A model generated the notes under the pieces. That model did no database searches, was not told the origin of the DNA, and worked only from the letters and a program-made list of their open reading frames with translations. A program made the position numbers and the translations under genes. Shown one piece after another: positions 1 to 9,010 of a DNA stretch of 47,710 bases (its first letter is position 1; the number at the start of each line of letters is the position of its first letter). Origin of the DNA: Nitrosopumilus sp. H13 (lineage in GTDB: Archaea > Thermoproteota > Nitrososphaeria > Nitrososphaerales > Nitrosopumilaceae). Location: NCBI GenBank assembly GCA_003724285.1, contig RHFB01000044.1:1-47710 (forward strand), read 5' to 3'.

Positions 1-152
1 GTAATATCGCCCAGGGCCAGTCATTCAGCCCGGCGCAGTCGTGGACGCCTTCAGAGGCGGGCACGTACACTGCCACGGTATTTGTCTGGGAGTCTGTAAG
101 TAATCCGACTGCGCTCTCACCGCCGGTAGAGACTACGATCACGGTCAGCTAG
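1..152 (+). CDS. C-terminal end (partial) of a thaumarchaeal S-layer/surface protein
   Basis: Frame from nt 3 reads NIAQGQSFSPAQSWTPSEAGTYTATVFVWESVSNPTALSPPVETTITVS*, stop TAG at 150-152. Resembles the C-terminal Ig-like domain of Nitrosopumilus S-layer proteins. Not in the ORF track. Confidence 0.75.
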   Translation, partial: NIAQGQSFSPAQSWTPSEAGTYTATVFVWESVSNPTALSPPVETTITVS

Positions 153-330
153 ATTCAAGGCGTATCGCAAATCTGTCATATTTTATGATTGAATGCTGAA
201 CGTGCCACGATCCCGGAATCTCCGCCGTCCTGCAGATTGAAATCTCAAACAGAAAATATATCGCCCTTTGCCAGACTTGTACGCGCCGGATTCAAAAAAA
301 GATAAAAGGCGTATGACAATACCATTCCTC

Positions 331-612
331 ATGGGAATGTGCACAAAATGCAAGCAGGCGATACCTGACGGCGAGGTGCTAAACCCTGTCGCCTCAAAGT
401 ACCCTGCCTGCAACAAGTGCTGGGCAGAATGGAAAGAGTACCAGGTGATGGTGATGAACGAGATGCGCCTTGACATGTCCATGCCGGATCACCGCAAGCT
501 GCTCAAAAAGCACGAAAAGATATTCGTAGGAGTACTGTCGGCTGACGGAGAAGTTATTGACTATTCCAACGAGGACAACAGAAAGCCCGACGAACCTGCC
601 CCCGGGGCCTAG
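331..612 (+). CDS. YggX-like Fe(II)-trafficking / Fe-S protection protein
   Basis: CWAEWKEYQVMVMNEMRLDMSMPDHRKLL matches the YggX core (WxxWxxxQTMLINExRL). Probable start ATG 331 rather than TTG 268. Confidence 0.75.
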   Translation: MGMCTKCKQAIPDGEVLNPVASKYPACNKCWAEWKEYQVMVMNEMRLDMSMPDHRKLLKKHEKIFVGVLSADGEVIDYSNEDNRKPDEPAPGA

Positions 613-1073
613 ATGCCCAGGCGCACCCTTGCGCCGTCTGGAATCAAGAGCGTCATCATTCTTTGCTGCTCTGATCCAAGCGCCAGGATTATCCTAGACA
701 CTGACTCTGAGATCATTCTTTGCTGATTCGCGTCAAGCTCTAGAAACACGCCGAGTATCCCGTCAAGGTTGTATGGTACCAGTTTTTCCGGACTCTTTAC
801 CACCTGCGCAATATACGCAGAGAACAGCCCGTCGCGCTGCTCTTGCGGCATGGCGGCTACCACCTGCAGCCACGTCTTGAACAGCTTTGCAAAGTTCGGA
901 AACGGGATGGTGGGGCCAGCCTCTAGCGCGTTTAAGACCACCTCTGTCCTTTCAGGCTCTGTCATTGAAAAGAACTCGGCCATTCTTTTTTTGAGTATGG
1001 GCGTGCGCAAAAAATCCGGCAGGCTTGCCAGGTTGATTATGATGTTTCCTGCAAAGTTCTCCTGCATGCTCAT
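609..1073 (-). CDS. Conserved hypothetical helical protein
   Basis: Clean ORF (MSMQENFAGNIIINLASLPDFLR...). Probable start ATG 1073; shares a CTAG stop overlap with the convergent gene. Confidence 0.7.
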   Translation of the reverse strand: MSMQENFAGNIIINLASLPDFLRTPILKKRMAEFFSMTEPERTEVVLNALEAGPTIPFPNFAKLFKTWLQVVAAMPQEQRDGLFSAYIAQVVKSPEKLVPYNLDGILGVFLELDANQQRMISESVSRIILALGSEQQRMMTLLIPDGARVRLGI

Positions 1074-1142
1074 TTGAAAGGGCACGCCGGATAAAAACCA
1101 TGTATGCCTCACTGGATAGACGCATTCTGGCTACACGGGCGA

Positions 1143-1150
1143 TTTAAATA
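1143..1150 (+). promoter_or_regulatory. TATA box of purA (leaderless)
   Basis: TTTAAATA lies 23-30 nt upstream of ATG 1173. Confidence 0.55.
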
Positions 1151-1172
1151 AACGGCTCTGACCCCCAACACC

Positions 1173-2168
1173 ATGACAGTTACGGTGGTAGTAGGCGGGT
1201 TCTTTGGGGACGAGGGCAAGGGCAAGATAATCTCGTACCTGGCGCAAAAAGACAGCCCGGTCATCATCGTGCGCGGCGGGGCAGGACCCAACGCCGGCCA
1301 TACGATTTGCGACGAACACAAGACCTACAAGGTGCGCATGCTCCCCTGCGGCTTTCTCAATCCCGGTGCCCGCGTGATGATCGGCCCCGGGGTGGTGGTA
1401 AACCCAAAAATCCTGTTGCAAGAGATAGACGAGTTCGGAGCAAAGGGGCGCGCCCTGATAGATAAGAAGTGCGGCATCATCGAGGACTCGCACATATCCC
1501 GGGACTCGGATCTCAAAAGCAAGATAGGCAGCACCGGCTCTGGTACCGGTCCTGCAAACGCAGACAGGGCCATGCGCGAGCTAAAGATGGCAGAGGATGT
1601 GGAATCACTATCTGCGCTTCTGACAGACGTGCCCGGAGAGATCAACGGGGCCATATCCGCAGGCAGGAACGTGCTGATAGAGGGCACGCAGGGGACGTTT
1701 CTGTCCCTGTGGCACGGCACGTACCCCTTTGTAACCTCAAAGGACGTGACTGCATCTGGCATCTGCGCAGACGTGGGAGTGGGCCCCACCAAGGTAGACG
1801 AGGTAATAGTCGTCTTCAAGGCGTACGTCACACGCGTGGGGGACGGCATGCTAAATGGCGAGCTTGCAGCAGAGGAGGCAGAGGCGCGCGGCTGGTCAGA
1901 GGTGGGCACAGTGACCGGCAGGCCCAGGCGCGCAGCGGACTTTGACTTTGAGCTTGCCGGGCGCGCAGTCATGCTCAACGGGGCCACGCAGATATCTCTC
2001 ACAAAGCTTGACGTGCTGTTTCCAGAGTGCGCAAAAAAGACCGCGTATGACGAGCTTTCTAAGCAGGCACAGAGTTTCGTAGAGGAGATTGAAGGCAGGC
2101 TCGCCACGCCTGTGACCGTGATAGGCACGGGTCCTGCAGTACGCGACATAATCGACCGCAGAAGCTAG
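1173..2168 (+). CDS. purA: Adenylosuccinate synthetase
   Basis: GDEGKGK, GAGPNAGHT, EGTQG, YPFVTS, GTVTGRPRR and TKLD motifs; short archaeal form. Confidence 0.97.
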   Translation: MTVTVVVGGFFGDEGKGKIISYLAQKDSPVIIVRGGAGPNAGHTICDEHKTYKVRMLPCGFLNPGARVMIGPGVVVNPKILLQEIDEFGAKGRALIDKKCGIIEDSHISRDSDLKSKIGSTGSGTGPANADRAMRELKMAEDVESLSALLTDVPGEINGAISAGRNVLIEGTQGTFLSLWHGTYPFVTSKDVTASGICADVGVGPTKVDEVIVVFKAYVTRVGDGMLNGELAAEEAEARGWSEVGTVTGRPRRAADFDFELAGRAVMLNGATQISLTKLDVLFPECAKKTAYDELSKQAQSFVEEIEGRLATPVTVIGTGPAVRDIIDRRS

Positions 2169-2218
2169 GCTCGAAATTTTTGGATAGGTTTAATTTCCTA
2201 TTGCATTCCACGGTACCC

Positions 2219-2902
2219 GTGCCAACACAAGATGTCCCAAAGGACACGCTGCCGCGCTACATACAGCTAAGCTCCGCCCTCGAGTTCTCCAGACTCGTAT
2301 GCGCGCTAGAGCGCCCCCCCCGCGTGTCGTTCCTCCACGAGTATGACGGCAAAAAGATCCTCTCAGTCCAGATGGACATACTAAAGGAAAAGCCGATAGT
2401 CTACTATACACCGCTGGAGAACAACGGACACTACATATGCTACGGCCTGAGGAGCGGCAGGGAAGAGTCGGGAATAGTCGACTCGACTTCTGACTCTAGC
2501 AAGCTCTACTCGCCGATAATCAGGATAAAGTCGCTGCCAAAGACGCTCATGCCCGGCAACGGAACCCCTGACAGGTACCAGCCGATAGAGCTCGAGGACG
2601 TCTCAAGCCTTGCAAAGATGACGTGGGGGATAGACGACGTCCCGTTTCCGCTGTTTTTGTTCCCGCACGGCACAAAGTGGCTGCTGGGAGCGTTTATGAA
2701 CTTTAGCGAGGAGGGTGCGTCTTACTTTTGCCACGTCGTGCTGGACTACGATCCGCAAAAGCCGTTTGTAAAGTTCTCGCCTGCAAACGGCTCTGATCCC
2801 CTGTTTGTAGAGAGCCCCTCTGAGCACGGGTACTCGTACCTCAAGATTATAAAGCTAAAGGATACACACCCACTAGTCGACTATGGCCACCTTCAGAACT
2901 AG
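2219..2902 (+). CDS. Conserved hypothetical protein
   Basis: Long clean ORF between purA and pyrF. Start is GTG 2219 or TTG 2180. Confidence 0.7.
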   Translation: MPTQDVPKDTLPRYIQLSSALEFSRLVCALERPPRVSFLHEYDGKKILSVQMDILKEKPIVYYTPLENNGHYICYGLRSGREESGIVDSTSDSSKLYSPIIRIKSLPKTLMPGNGTPDRYQPIELEDVSSLAKMTWGIDDVPFPLFLFPHGTKWLLGAFMNFSEEGASYFCHVVLDYDPQKPFVKFSPANGSDPLFVESPSEHGYSYLKIIKLKDTHPLVDYGHLQN

Positions 2903-3605
2903 GATATCAAAGGCCTCTGAGCGCCGCGGCGGCCTCGTTCTTGCAAACGACTATCCCACATCCCGCAACCTCGAGTCAAGGACCATGCGCAACATCGAGG
3001 CACTGCACCCGTTTCTGTGCGCAATAAAGCTGAACTTTCACCTGTTACTGCCTCTGGGACGCAAGGAGATCAGAAACATAACTGCCGCCGCCCACAGGCG
3101 CGGCCTGCAGGTGATTGCAGACATAAAGCTCAACGACATAAGCAGCACAAACCTTGCGGCCACCGAGTCCCTCTGGGGGATGGGCATTGATGCAGTCATT
3201 GCAAACCCGATAATGGGGCCTGACGCCCTCAAAAGCCTGGTGAGATCGGCCCACAAAAAGGACAGGGGCGTCATCACGCTGTGCCACATGAGCGCCCCAG
3301 AGGCCAAAAAGTCATACGAGCTGAATGTGGGAAAGACACGCCTGTACGAGATGTTCCTGAGGTGGGCCCTCGAGTCCCGGGCAGACGGGATAATTGCCGG
3401 CGCCACATACCCGCAGATCATCAGATATTGCTCAAAAAATGCAGGAGACAGGCTTGACATATTCTCGCCGGGCGTGGGCGCGCAGGGGGGCAGCGCAAAA
3501 GACACGGTCGCGGCAGGGGCAAGATATGTGATTGCAGGCAGGGGCATACTTGGCGCTTCTAGTCCTGCGCGCGAGGCCCGGCATCTGCAGTCGCTTGCAA
3601 GATAG
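2883..3605 (+). CDS. pyrF: Orotidine 5'-phosphate decarboxylase
   Basis: DIKLNDI active-site motif (DxKxxDI), SPGVGAQGG and IAGRGI. Confidence 0.93.
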   Translation: MATFRTRISKASERRGGLVLANDYPTSRNLESRTMRNIEALHPFLCAIKLNFHLLLPLGRKEIRNITAAAHRRGLQVIADIKLNDISSTNLAATESLWGMGIDAVIANPIMGPDALKSLVRSAHKKDRGVITLCHMSAPEAKKSYELNVGKTRLYEMFLRWALESRADGIIAGATYPQIIRYCSKNAGDRLDIFSPGVGAQGGSAKDTVAAGARYVIAGRGILGASSPAREARHLQSLAR

Positions 3606-3999
3606 CGTGCGCCCTTGCAAGCACCACCCTTGCATTCTCAAATGTGGTGTTTTCTACAGCTTCCTCGTATCCGTGCCACGCGTACCCGGTGTGCTCGTGG
3701 GATATCCTTATTTTTTTTGTGCGCGTCTCTGCAAGGAACAGCACTACTTTTTTTCTTATCGTCTCGCCGTTGTACTCGAACTCGTATCTTATCTGCTCTT
3801 CAAACCCGTCAAGAAATGCGACGTCCGTGATGCCAGTCTCCTCTTCTGTCTCCCTGAGCGCAGTCTCCCTTGTCGTCTCGCCTGGCTCCATCTTGCCCTT
3901 TACAAAGTCCCAGTGGCCAGACGGATAGTGCAGCAGCAAGAACCTGACGCGCCCGCCGACCCTTCTAAACAGCACCACTCCTGCAGACGTCTCCTTCAT
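3559..3999 (-). CDS. NUDIX hydrolase (Ap4A tetraphosphatase-like)
   Basis: Nudix box GKMEPGETTRETALRETEEETG, SAGVV and HEH motifs. Start ATG 3999 overlaps the uppS stop (ATGA). Confidence 0.88.
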   Translation of the reverse strand: MKETSAGVVLFRRVGGRVRFLLLHYPSGHWDFVKGKMEPGETTRETALRETEEETGITDVAFLDGFEEQIRYEFEYNGETIRKKVVLFLAETRTKKIRISHEHTGYAWHGYEEAVENTTFENARVVLARAHAILQATADAGPRAQD

Positions 4000-4757
4000 T
4001 TTCCCAACCTTCTCTTCCTTTCCTGGAACGTCCTTATTGCGCGCATCAGGTCTATCTTGCGGAACTCGGGCCAGAATATGTCCATAAAGACAAGCTCGCT
4101 GTACGCGCTCTGCCACATGAGAAACCCGCTGAGCCTCTTCTCGCCGGACGTCCTGAGAATCATGTCAGGCGAGGACTGGGGCAGGTGCGACGTGTACAGG
4201 TTTGCCTCTATCTCCTTTTTGTCTATCTTGTCTATGTCGAGTCGGCCGTCCTTTATCTTCTCACCGATCTTTTTTACCGCGTCTACCAGCTCGTACTGGC
4301 CGCCGTACGCGAGCGCGATGTTGAGAAAGTGAGAGTCATAGTCCTTTGTGGCATCGTCGAGCTTTTGCAGCGCCGCGCGTATGGACTCTGGCAGAAGCTC
4401 TATCCTTCCTATTCCCTTTACCCTCATCTTGCACCTGTGGATTCGCGGGTCGACGTAGAGCTTTTCAAGCCTCATGCGTATGAGCTCATAAAGGTGCTCT
4501 ATCTCCCCGTCGCCGCGCTCGAGGTTCTCTGCAGACAGCGCATAGAGGGTCACGATCTTTATGTCAAACTCCTCGCACCAGTCAAGCAGGTTCTCGACTG
4601 CGTCTGCGCCGCGCCGGTGGCCGCCTGCAGGCACGATGAAATGGCTTTTTGCCCACCTCCTGTTCCCGTCTAGTATGAGGGCGACGTGGTTTGGAATATC
4701 CCCGTTTTGAATCTCCTGCTCAAGCCTCTTTCCGTATATCCTGTACAAGCCAGACAC
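3996..4757 (-). CDS. uppS: cis-prenyltransferase (polyprenyl diphosphate synthase)
   Basis: HVALILDGNRRWA, LSAEN, YGG and RTSGEKRLSGFLMWQSAYSE motifs. Confidence 0.95.
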   Translation of the reverse strand: MSGLYRIYGKRLEQEIQNGDIPNHVALILDGNRRWAKSHFIVPAGGHRRGADAVENLLDWCEEFDIKIVTLYALSAENLERGDGEIEHLYELIRMRLEKLYVDPRIHRCKMRVKGIGRIELLPESIRAALQKLDDATKDYDSHFLNIALAYGGQYELVDAVKKIGEKIKDGRLDIDKIDKKEIEANLYTSHLPQSSPDMILRTSGEKRLSGFLMWQSAYSELVFMDIFWPEFRKIDLMRAIRTFQERKRRLGK

Positions 4758-4829
4758 GTGCCATATCGTCTGTATGATACCGATAATCTACCACCATCTC
4801 TTGTTTTTGAGCTCAAGTTATCAATGTTT

Positions 4830-5975
4830 TCAGTCAGAGACCGTCTCTTGGTCCTTGTGTCTCCTATGCCTCTTGAAGAGTATGGTCGCAGAGACCAGCG
4901 TGGCTGCAAGCCCGCCTAGCAGGGGCGGAACGAGCGAAAACGAGCTCTCATCGTTAATCATAATGTTGGTGAACTGGTATACTGTCGGATACAGGGACGC
5001 AAGCACTACGATGCGCAGTATGTCGCTTATCTGCCTTGGAACCCCGCCTATCCAGTTGCTGAGCAGGACTCCTGCAAATATGGTCCCCATCCCTATCCAG
5101 AGTATGGGAAGCGCTCCCACCATGAACTGTCCCACTATCAGCTTGTCTGAAATCTTTGAGAGTGCGTCTGTATCTGCCCCCAGCAGCGCCGCATCAATTG
5201 CCCCGATGCCTGCAGGTATTGAGGAGAGTATTATGATTATCCCCGCAACCATGGTAAAGAGCCTGATGAACCCCATCGGCGTCGGCTTTGACCAGCTGGC
5301 CCATGCCCTGTCTACATCAAACGCCCTGATGAGAAACGCGCCGCCCAGTATGCTTACTAGCACGGCAAATATCTCCGTGGTGAGCCCAAACACGCTTGCA
5401 ACTCCGCCGATCAGCAGCAGCATTCCCGGAACGCCGAGGAAGAACTTTGAGTATCTCGAGTCGTATGCAACCATCTTGAGGTACTTGCCGAACACGGCGT
5501 ACGAGTATTCTACACTCCTGCTTACCTTCATGACTACGCGCTGCACCGAGACTACGGGAAGTATGTTCTGAATCACCGGTATGACGCTCTCGTCGTCCTC
5601 GCCGTCAGACACTATCACCGCCCCGTTTGCAGAGAACCTTTCCAGTATGGTCCTTGCCTCTGCAAGGATCTTTTCGTCTGCCTGGACGCCCCTGTTCTTG
5701 ACACCTGCCACGGTTGCAACTTCTACCTCGTATCCCTTGCTTATCAGATCCTCGTACGTCTTTATCGCAGAAAATATCGAGTTAGAGTCCGCATCTTCTG
5801 GATCCTCGAGCGCCAGCCTCTGGGCCGCCTCTATGCACGCATCCCTTCCGATCACGGGGGTGGTGATTCCCGCCTTTTCCCCCACGTCGTTATCCCTGTC
5901 TATGCATATTACCAGCAGCCTGCTGGCAGCAGATGCGCCTACATCCTTTTCGACCTTTTTTGAGCTCTGGGACAT
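4830..5975 (-). CDS. DUF373 family membrane protein
   Basis: CIDRDNDVG, DPEDADSN and VSDGEDDE motifs followed by several TM helices. Confidence 0.85.
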   Translation of the reverse strand: MSQSSKKVEKDVGASAASRLLVICIDRDNDVGEKAGITTPVIGRDACIEAAQRLALEDPEDADSNSIFSAIKTYEDLISKGYEVEVATVAGVKNRGVQADEKILAEARTILERFSANGAVIVSDGEDDESVIPVIQNILPVVSVQRVVMKVSRSVEYSYAVFGKYLKMVAYDSRYSKFFLGVPGMLLLIGGVASVFGLTTEIFAVLVSILGGAFLIRAFDVDRAWASWSKPTPMGFIRLFTMVAGIIIILSSIPAGIGAIDAALLGADTDALSKISDKLIVGQFMVGALPILWIGMGTIFAGVLLSNWIGGVPRQISDILRIVVLASLYPTVYQFTNIMINDESSFSLVPPLLGGLAATLVSATILFKRHRRHKDQETVSD

Positions 5976-6064
5976 TTCTATTTACCATGTGTGGATTCCT
6001 TTTTAATGATTTCCAACCATTCCACCATTATAGCAGGGTCTTCAGGCTCGATGCGGAACCCGGC

Positions 6065-6553
6065 CTAGGGTCTTGATTCATCAGACATTCTTGCGTGCGC
6101 CTCTGACTCTTCCTTTATCTCCTCTGTTCTCTGAATGGCCTCTGATGCGTCCGCGCCTCCTGCAATCATGCTTGAGACCACCCTTGTCTCCTCGATGTAC
6201 GAGTTAAAGCTCCTCATGGATTCCATGTAGCTGATATAGCTGTCAGTCCATTCTGCTGGCGGCTCTGATGTGACAAGCCTGCTTATCTCTGCTGTAATCT
6301 GGGAGGCCGTCCTGTCTGCCGCTATGTCGTACTCTTGCGGCAAGACATTCCCGTCAAGCAGCATCTGGTACTCTGCATGTAGCGACTCTTGGAGGATCTC
6401 GTGGATGTTCCTGACCCCGTCAAGGTACCCCTCAAAGTCGGTTACGACAAAAGTCGTCTTGCCGTCTTGCGGAACCAGCCAGATGACAAAGCTTGCGCCG
6501 GTAATGGCGGCAAGCATGACCCCCGTAAGTACGATCCCCTTTTTTGACACCAT
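6065..6553 (-). CDS. Membrane-anchored hypothetical protein
   Basis: N-terminal KK plus a hydrophobic helix, then an acidic helical domain. Confidence 0.7.
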   Translation of the reverse strand: MVSKKGIVLTGVMLAAITGASFVIWLVPQDGKTTFVVTDFEGYLDGVRNIHEILQESLHAEYQMLLDGNVLPQEYDIAADRTASQITAEISRLVTSEPPAEWTDSYISYMESMRSFNSYIEETRVVSSMIAGGADASEAIQRTEEIKEESEAHARMSDESRP

Positions 6554-6758
6554 TTCCACAGCTTGTAGGAGGGGCGTTTATAATTGATAATCCCCCGATC
6601 TGTAAAAAACCGCCCATCTGCCGCATTTTTTGGCGTTTTTGCCCCAAAATGGCCTCTTTTTTATATCTCGGCCCGAAAAAATTTACGTGCGTCTAGCGTA
6701 TGGTTAAATAATCTTTACATGATCTTCCTAAATACCAGCAGGAGTGAGGAAACTTAGA

Positions 6759-6902
6759 ATGACTACGGCATATTGCGTAAAGTGCAGGGAGAAAAGAGAG
6801 ATCAAGGATCCACAAGAGACTAAACTCAAGAACGGGCGTCCTGCAGTAAAGGGCACATGTCCAGAATGCGGGACCAACGTCTTCCGTATAGGCAAGCCCT
6901 AG
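6759..6902 (+). CDS. DUF5679-like zinc-ribbon microprotein (47 aa)
   Basis: MTTAYCVKCREKREIKDPQETKLKNGRPAVKGTCPECGTNVFRIGKP*, two CxxC. SD-like GGAGTGAGG upstream. Not in the ORF track. Confidence 0.85.
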   Translation: MTTAYCVKCREKREIKDPQETKLKNGRPAVKGTCPECGTNVFRIGKP

Positions 6903-6957
6903 ACAAAAACCAGCCTTTTCTATTTTTCAAAACCCATATAGGGTCTTGCGCATACCC

Positions 6958-7380
6958 ATGTTTGTGAGTACGGAATACGAGGCGCTGCTAGGCCGTATAA
7001 AGGACAAGCTTGGCGGCTCAAAGGCGGGATCTGCCAGATTTGAGCTACCGGTAGTGGATGTAATGTGGGAGGGCCAAAAGACGTTTTTGCGCAACTTTTC
7101 CGAGTTTCCAAAGGTGCTCAGGCGTGATCCGGACAAGGTGCTCCAGTACCTCTCAAAAGAGTTTGCAGTGCCCGCCGAGCGGCTAGGCGACAAGGCCATG
7201 TTCGTCGGAAGGCGCGCACCAGACGACTTTACGCGCCTGTTCCAGATATACGTAAAGGACTATCTCGAGTGTCCCACCTGCAAGAGCCCGGACACAAAGA
7301 TCACAAAGGAGCACAGGATCTCCTTTCTAGTGTGCGAGGCGTGCGGGGCAAAGTCGGCGCTAAAGGGAAAATACGCATAA
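6958..7380 (+). CDS. eif2b: Translation initiation factor aIF-2 subunit beta
   Basis: RNFSEF..LRRDP, LSKEF and C-terminal CPTCKSPDT/CEACGA zinc ribbon. Start ATG 6958 or GTG 6964. Confidence 0.93.
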   Translation: MFVSTEYEALLGRIKDKLGGSKAGSARFELPVVDVMWEGQKTFLRNFSEFPKVLRRDPDKVLQYLSKEFAVPAERLGDKAMFVGRRAPDDFTRLFQIYVKDYLECPTCKSPDTKITKEHRISFLVCEACGAKSALKGKYA

Positions 7381-7673
7381 TGTTTTCGATAAAGGTCTCT
7401 GACTATAAAGACAACTCGATGCTCAACATATGCGATGCTGACATACTAGGCTCTGAAATAGTCCAGGACGATCTTACCATGCACATAAGCAAGGGCTATT
7501 ACGGCGAGCGCCTAGTGGAGGAGACAGAGGCATCCGAACTGCTAAAGAAATCCTCCATCATAAACATGGCGGGCAAGAACGCGGTATCACTTTCCACGCG
7601 CCTCGGCATCGGCTCCAAGGAAGGTGTCAGGAGCATCTCCGGGATCCCGTTTCTTATCGTCTTTAAGACATGA
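7380..7673 (+). CDS. DUF424 family protein
   Basis: ICDADILG, YYG and INMAGKNAV motifs. ATG 7380 overlaps the aIF2beta stop. Confidence 0.85.
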   Translation: MFSIKVSDYKDNSMLNICDADILGSEIVQDDLTMHISKGYYGERLVEETEASELLKKSSIINMAGKNAVSLSTRLGIGSKEGVRSISGIPFLIVFKT

Positions 7674-8455
7674 ACCTGCATGACGACTTTGTCCTAGACG
7701 ACCTAGACAGCAAGACAGAGTCTAGAATGCACAAAAAGCTTGCAAGAAAGAAAAAGCTAGAGGACGGATTCAAGGGGAACAAGGTGGTAAACGAGGTGCT
7801 TGACAAGAGCACCGTGATGACCCTGTACAAGATGATAAGAAACCACGTGATCTCGTACGTCAACGGCCCCATAAGCGCGGGAAAGGAATCAGTGGTGTTC
7901 TGGGGCGTGGCAGATGATGCAGACGTGGCGCTAAAGATATACCTTGTAAGCACGTCCAACTTTAAAAAGCGCGAGGCATACATAGCGGGAGATCCCCGGT
8001 TCTCGAGAATCAAAAAGGGCACAAGAAACCTGGTGTATCTGTGGGCCTCAAAGGAGTTTCGCAACCTGTCGCTGTGCCACGGGGCCGGGCTCCCGGTTCC
8101 AAAACCCATACATCTCTCAAAGAACGTGCTTGCAATGGAGTTTGTGGGGGAGGGGGGGGCTCCCTGCAAGACGCTGCTGGACTCGGAGGCGGGAGCAGAG
8201 GACTATTCGCAGGCAGTCCTGATACTAGAGCAGATGTATGAGGCCGGGCTGGTGCACGGCGACTATTCCGAGTACAACATATTCAAGACAGAGTCGGGCC
8301 TGAGGGTCTTTGATCTGGGATCTGCGGTGGATACGAGGCATCCCAACTCGGCAGAATTCCTTAAAAGAGATATTAATAACATTACAAGATTCTTTCATAA
8401 AAGAGGCGTGCAAGTTGAAGAGCCAGATGTCATACTCGGGAGGATTCTAAAATGA
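7670..8455 (+). CDS. rio1: RIO1 family serine/threonine kinase
   Basis: SAGKESVV, ALKIY, KEFRNL, LVHGDYSEYNI and DLGSAV motifs. Confidence 0.93.
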   Translation: MNLHDDFVLDDLDSKTESRMHKKLARKKKLEDGFKGNKVVNEVLDKSTVMTLYKMIRNHVISYVNGPISAGKESVVFWGVADDADVALKIYLVSTSNFKKREAYIAGDPRFSRIKKGTRNLVYLWASKEFRNLSLCHGAGLPVPKPIHLSKNVLAMEFVGEGGAPCKTLLDSEAGAEDYSQAVLILEQMYEAGLVHGDYSEYNIFKTESGLRVFDLGSAVDTRHPNSAEFLKRDINNITRFFHKRGVQVEEPDVILGRILK

Positions 8456-9009
8456 GCTTTCAAAAGCTGGTGCGCATACCCGGCGACCGCGTAGCCGCCC
8501 TGATAGGCAAGTCGGGAAGATCCAAGCTGGCAATAGAAGAGTCCTGCCATGTCGCCCTAGAGATAGACAGCAAATCCGGCGAGGTGACTATCAGCTCCGA
8601 GGGGGATGTTGAAAGGATGGAGCCGTTCAAGGCAGTGGAGATAGTCACGGCGATAGGGCGGGGCTTTTCGCCTGAGAACGCCATGACGCTGCTGCAGGAC
8701 CAAAACACGCTGCACGTGATAGATCTCCGCGGCTTTGCAGGCAAGTCAAGCTCTGCCATTGAAAGGATAAAAGGGAGGCTTATCGGAGAGGGCGGCAGGG
8801 CAAGACAGAACATGGAAAATCTCAGCAACACGCACATCTCAGTGTACGGCAAGACCGTCTCCGTGATAGGGGATGCGGCAAGGCTGCGCCTGGCAGTGGA
8901 TGCGATTACCTCGATATCAAACGGCAGCATGCACGGTGCGGTGTACGGCAAGCTAGAGGCCGCAAACAGAAGGGCAAAGCAGGAACGCATGAAGCTGTGG
9001 GAGGATTGA
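8452..9009 (+). CDS. KH-domain pre-rRNA processing protein (Dim2/Pno1-like)
   Basis: LIGKSG and RIKGRLIGEGG KH motifs, AIGRGFSPE, HGAVY. Typical rio1-KH-top6 synteny. Confidence 0.9.
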   Translation: MSFQKLVRIPGDRVAALIGKSGRSKLAIEESCHVALEIDSKSGEVTISSEGDVERMEPFKAVEIVTAIGRGFSPENAMTLLQDQNTLHVIDLRGFAGKSSSAIERIKGRLIGEGGRARQNMENLSNTHISVYGKTVSVIGDAARLRLAVDAITSISNGSMHGAVYGKLEAANRRAKQERMKLWED

Positions 9010-9010
9010 G

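Noticed and set aside
6741-6758. GAGGAAAC resembling the RNase P RNA P4 motif
   Set aside because: It is followed directly by a coding ATG with no other RNase P elements; it is better read as a ribosome-binding region.
8146-8159. G-run in rio1 as a phase-variation tract
   Set aside because: In frame, encodes GEGG in a conserved housekeeping kinase, and no frameshift is present.
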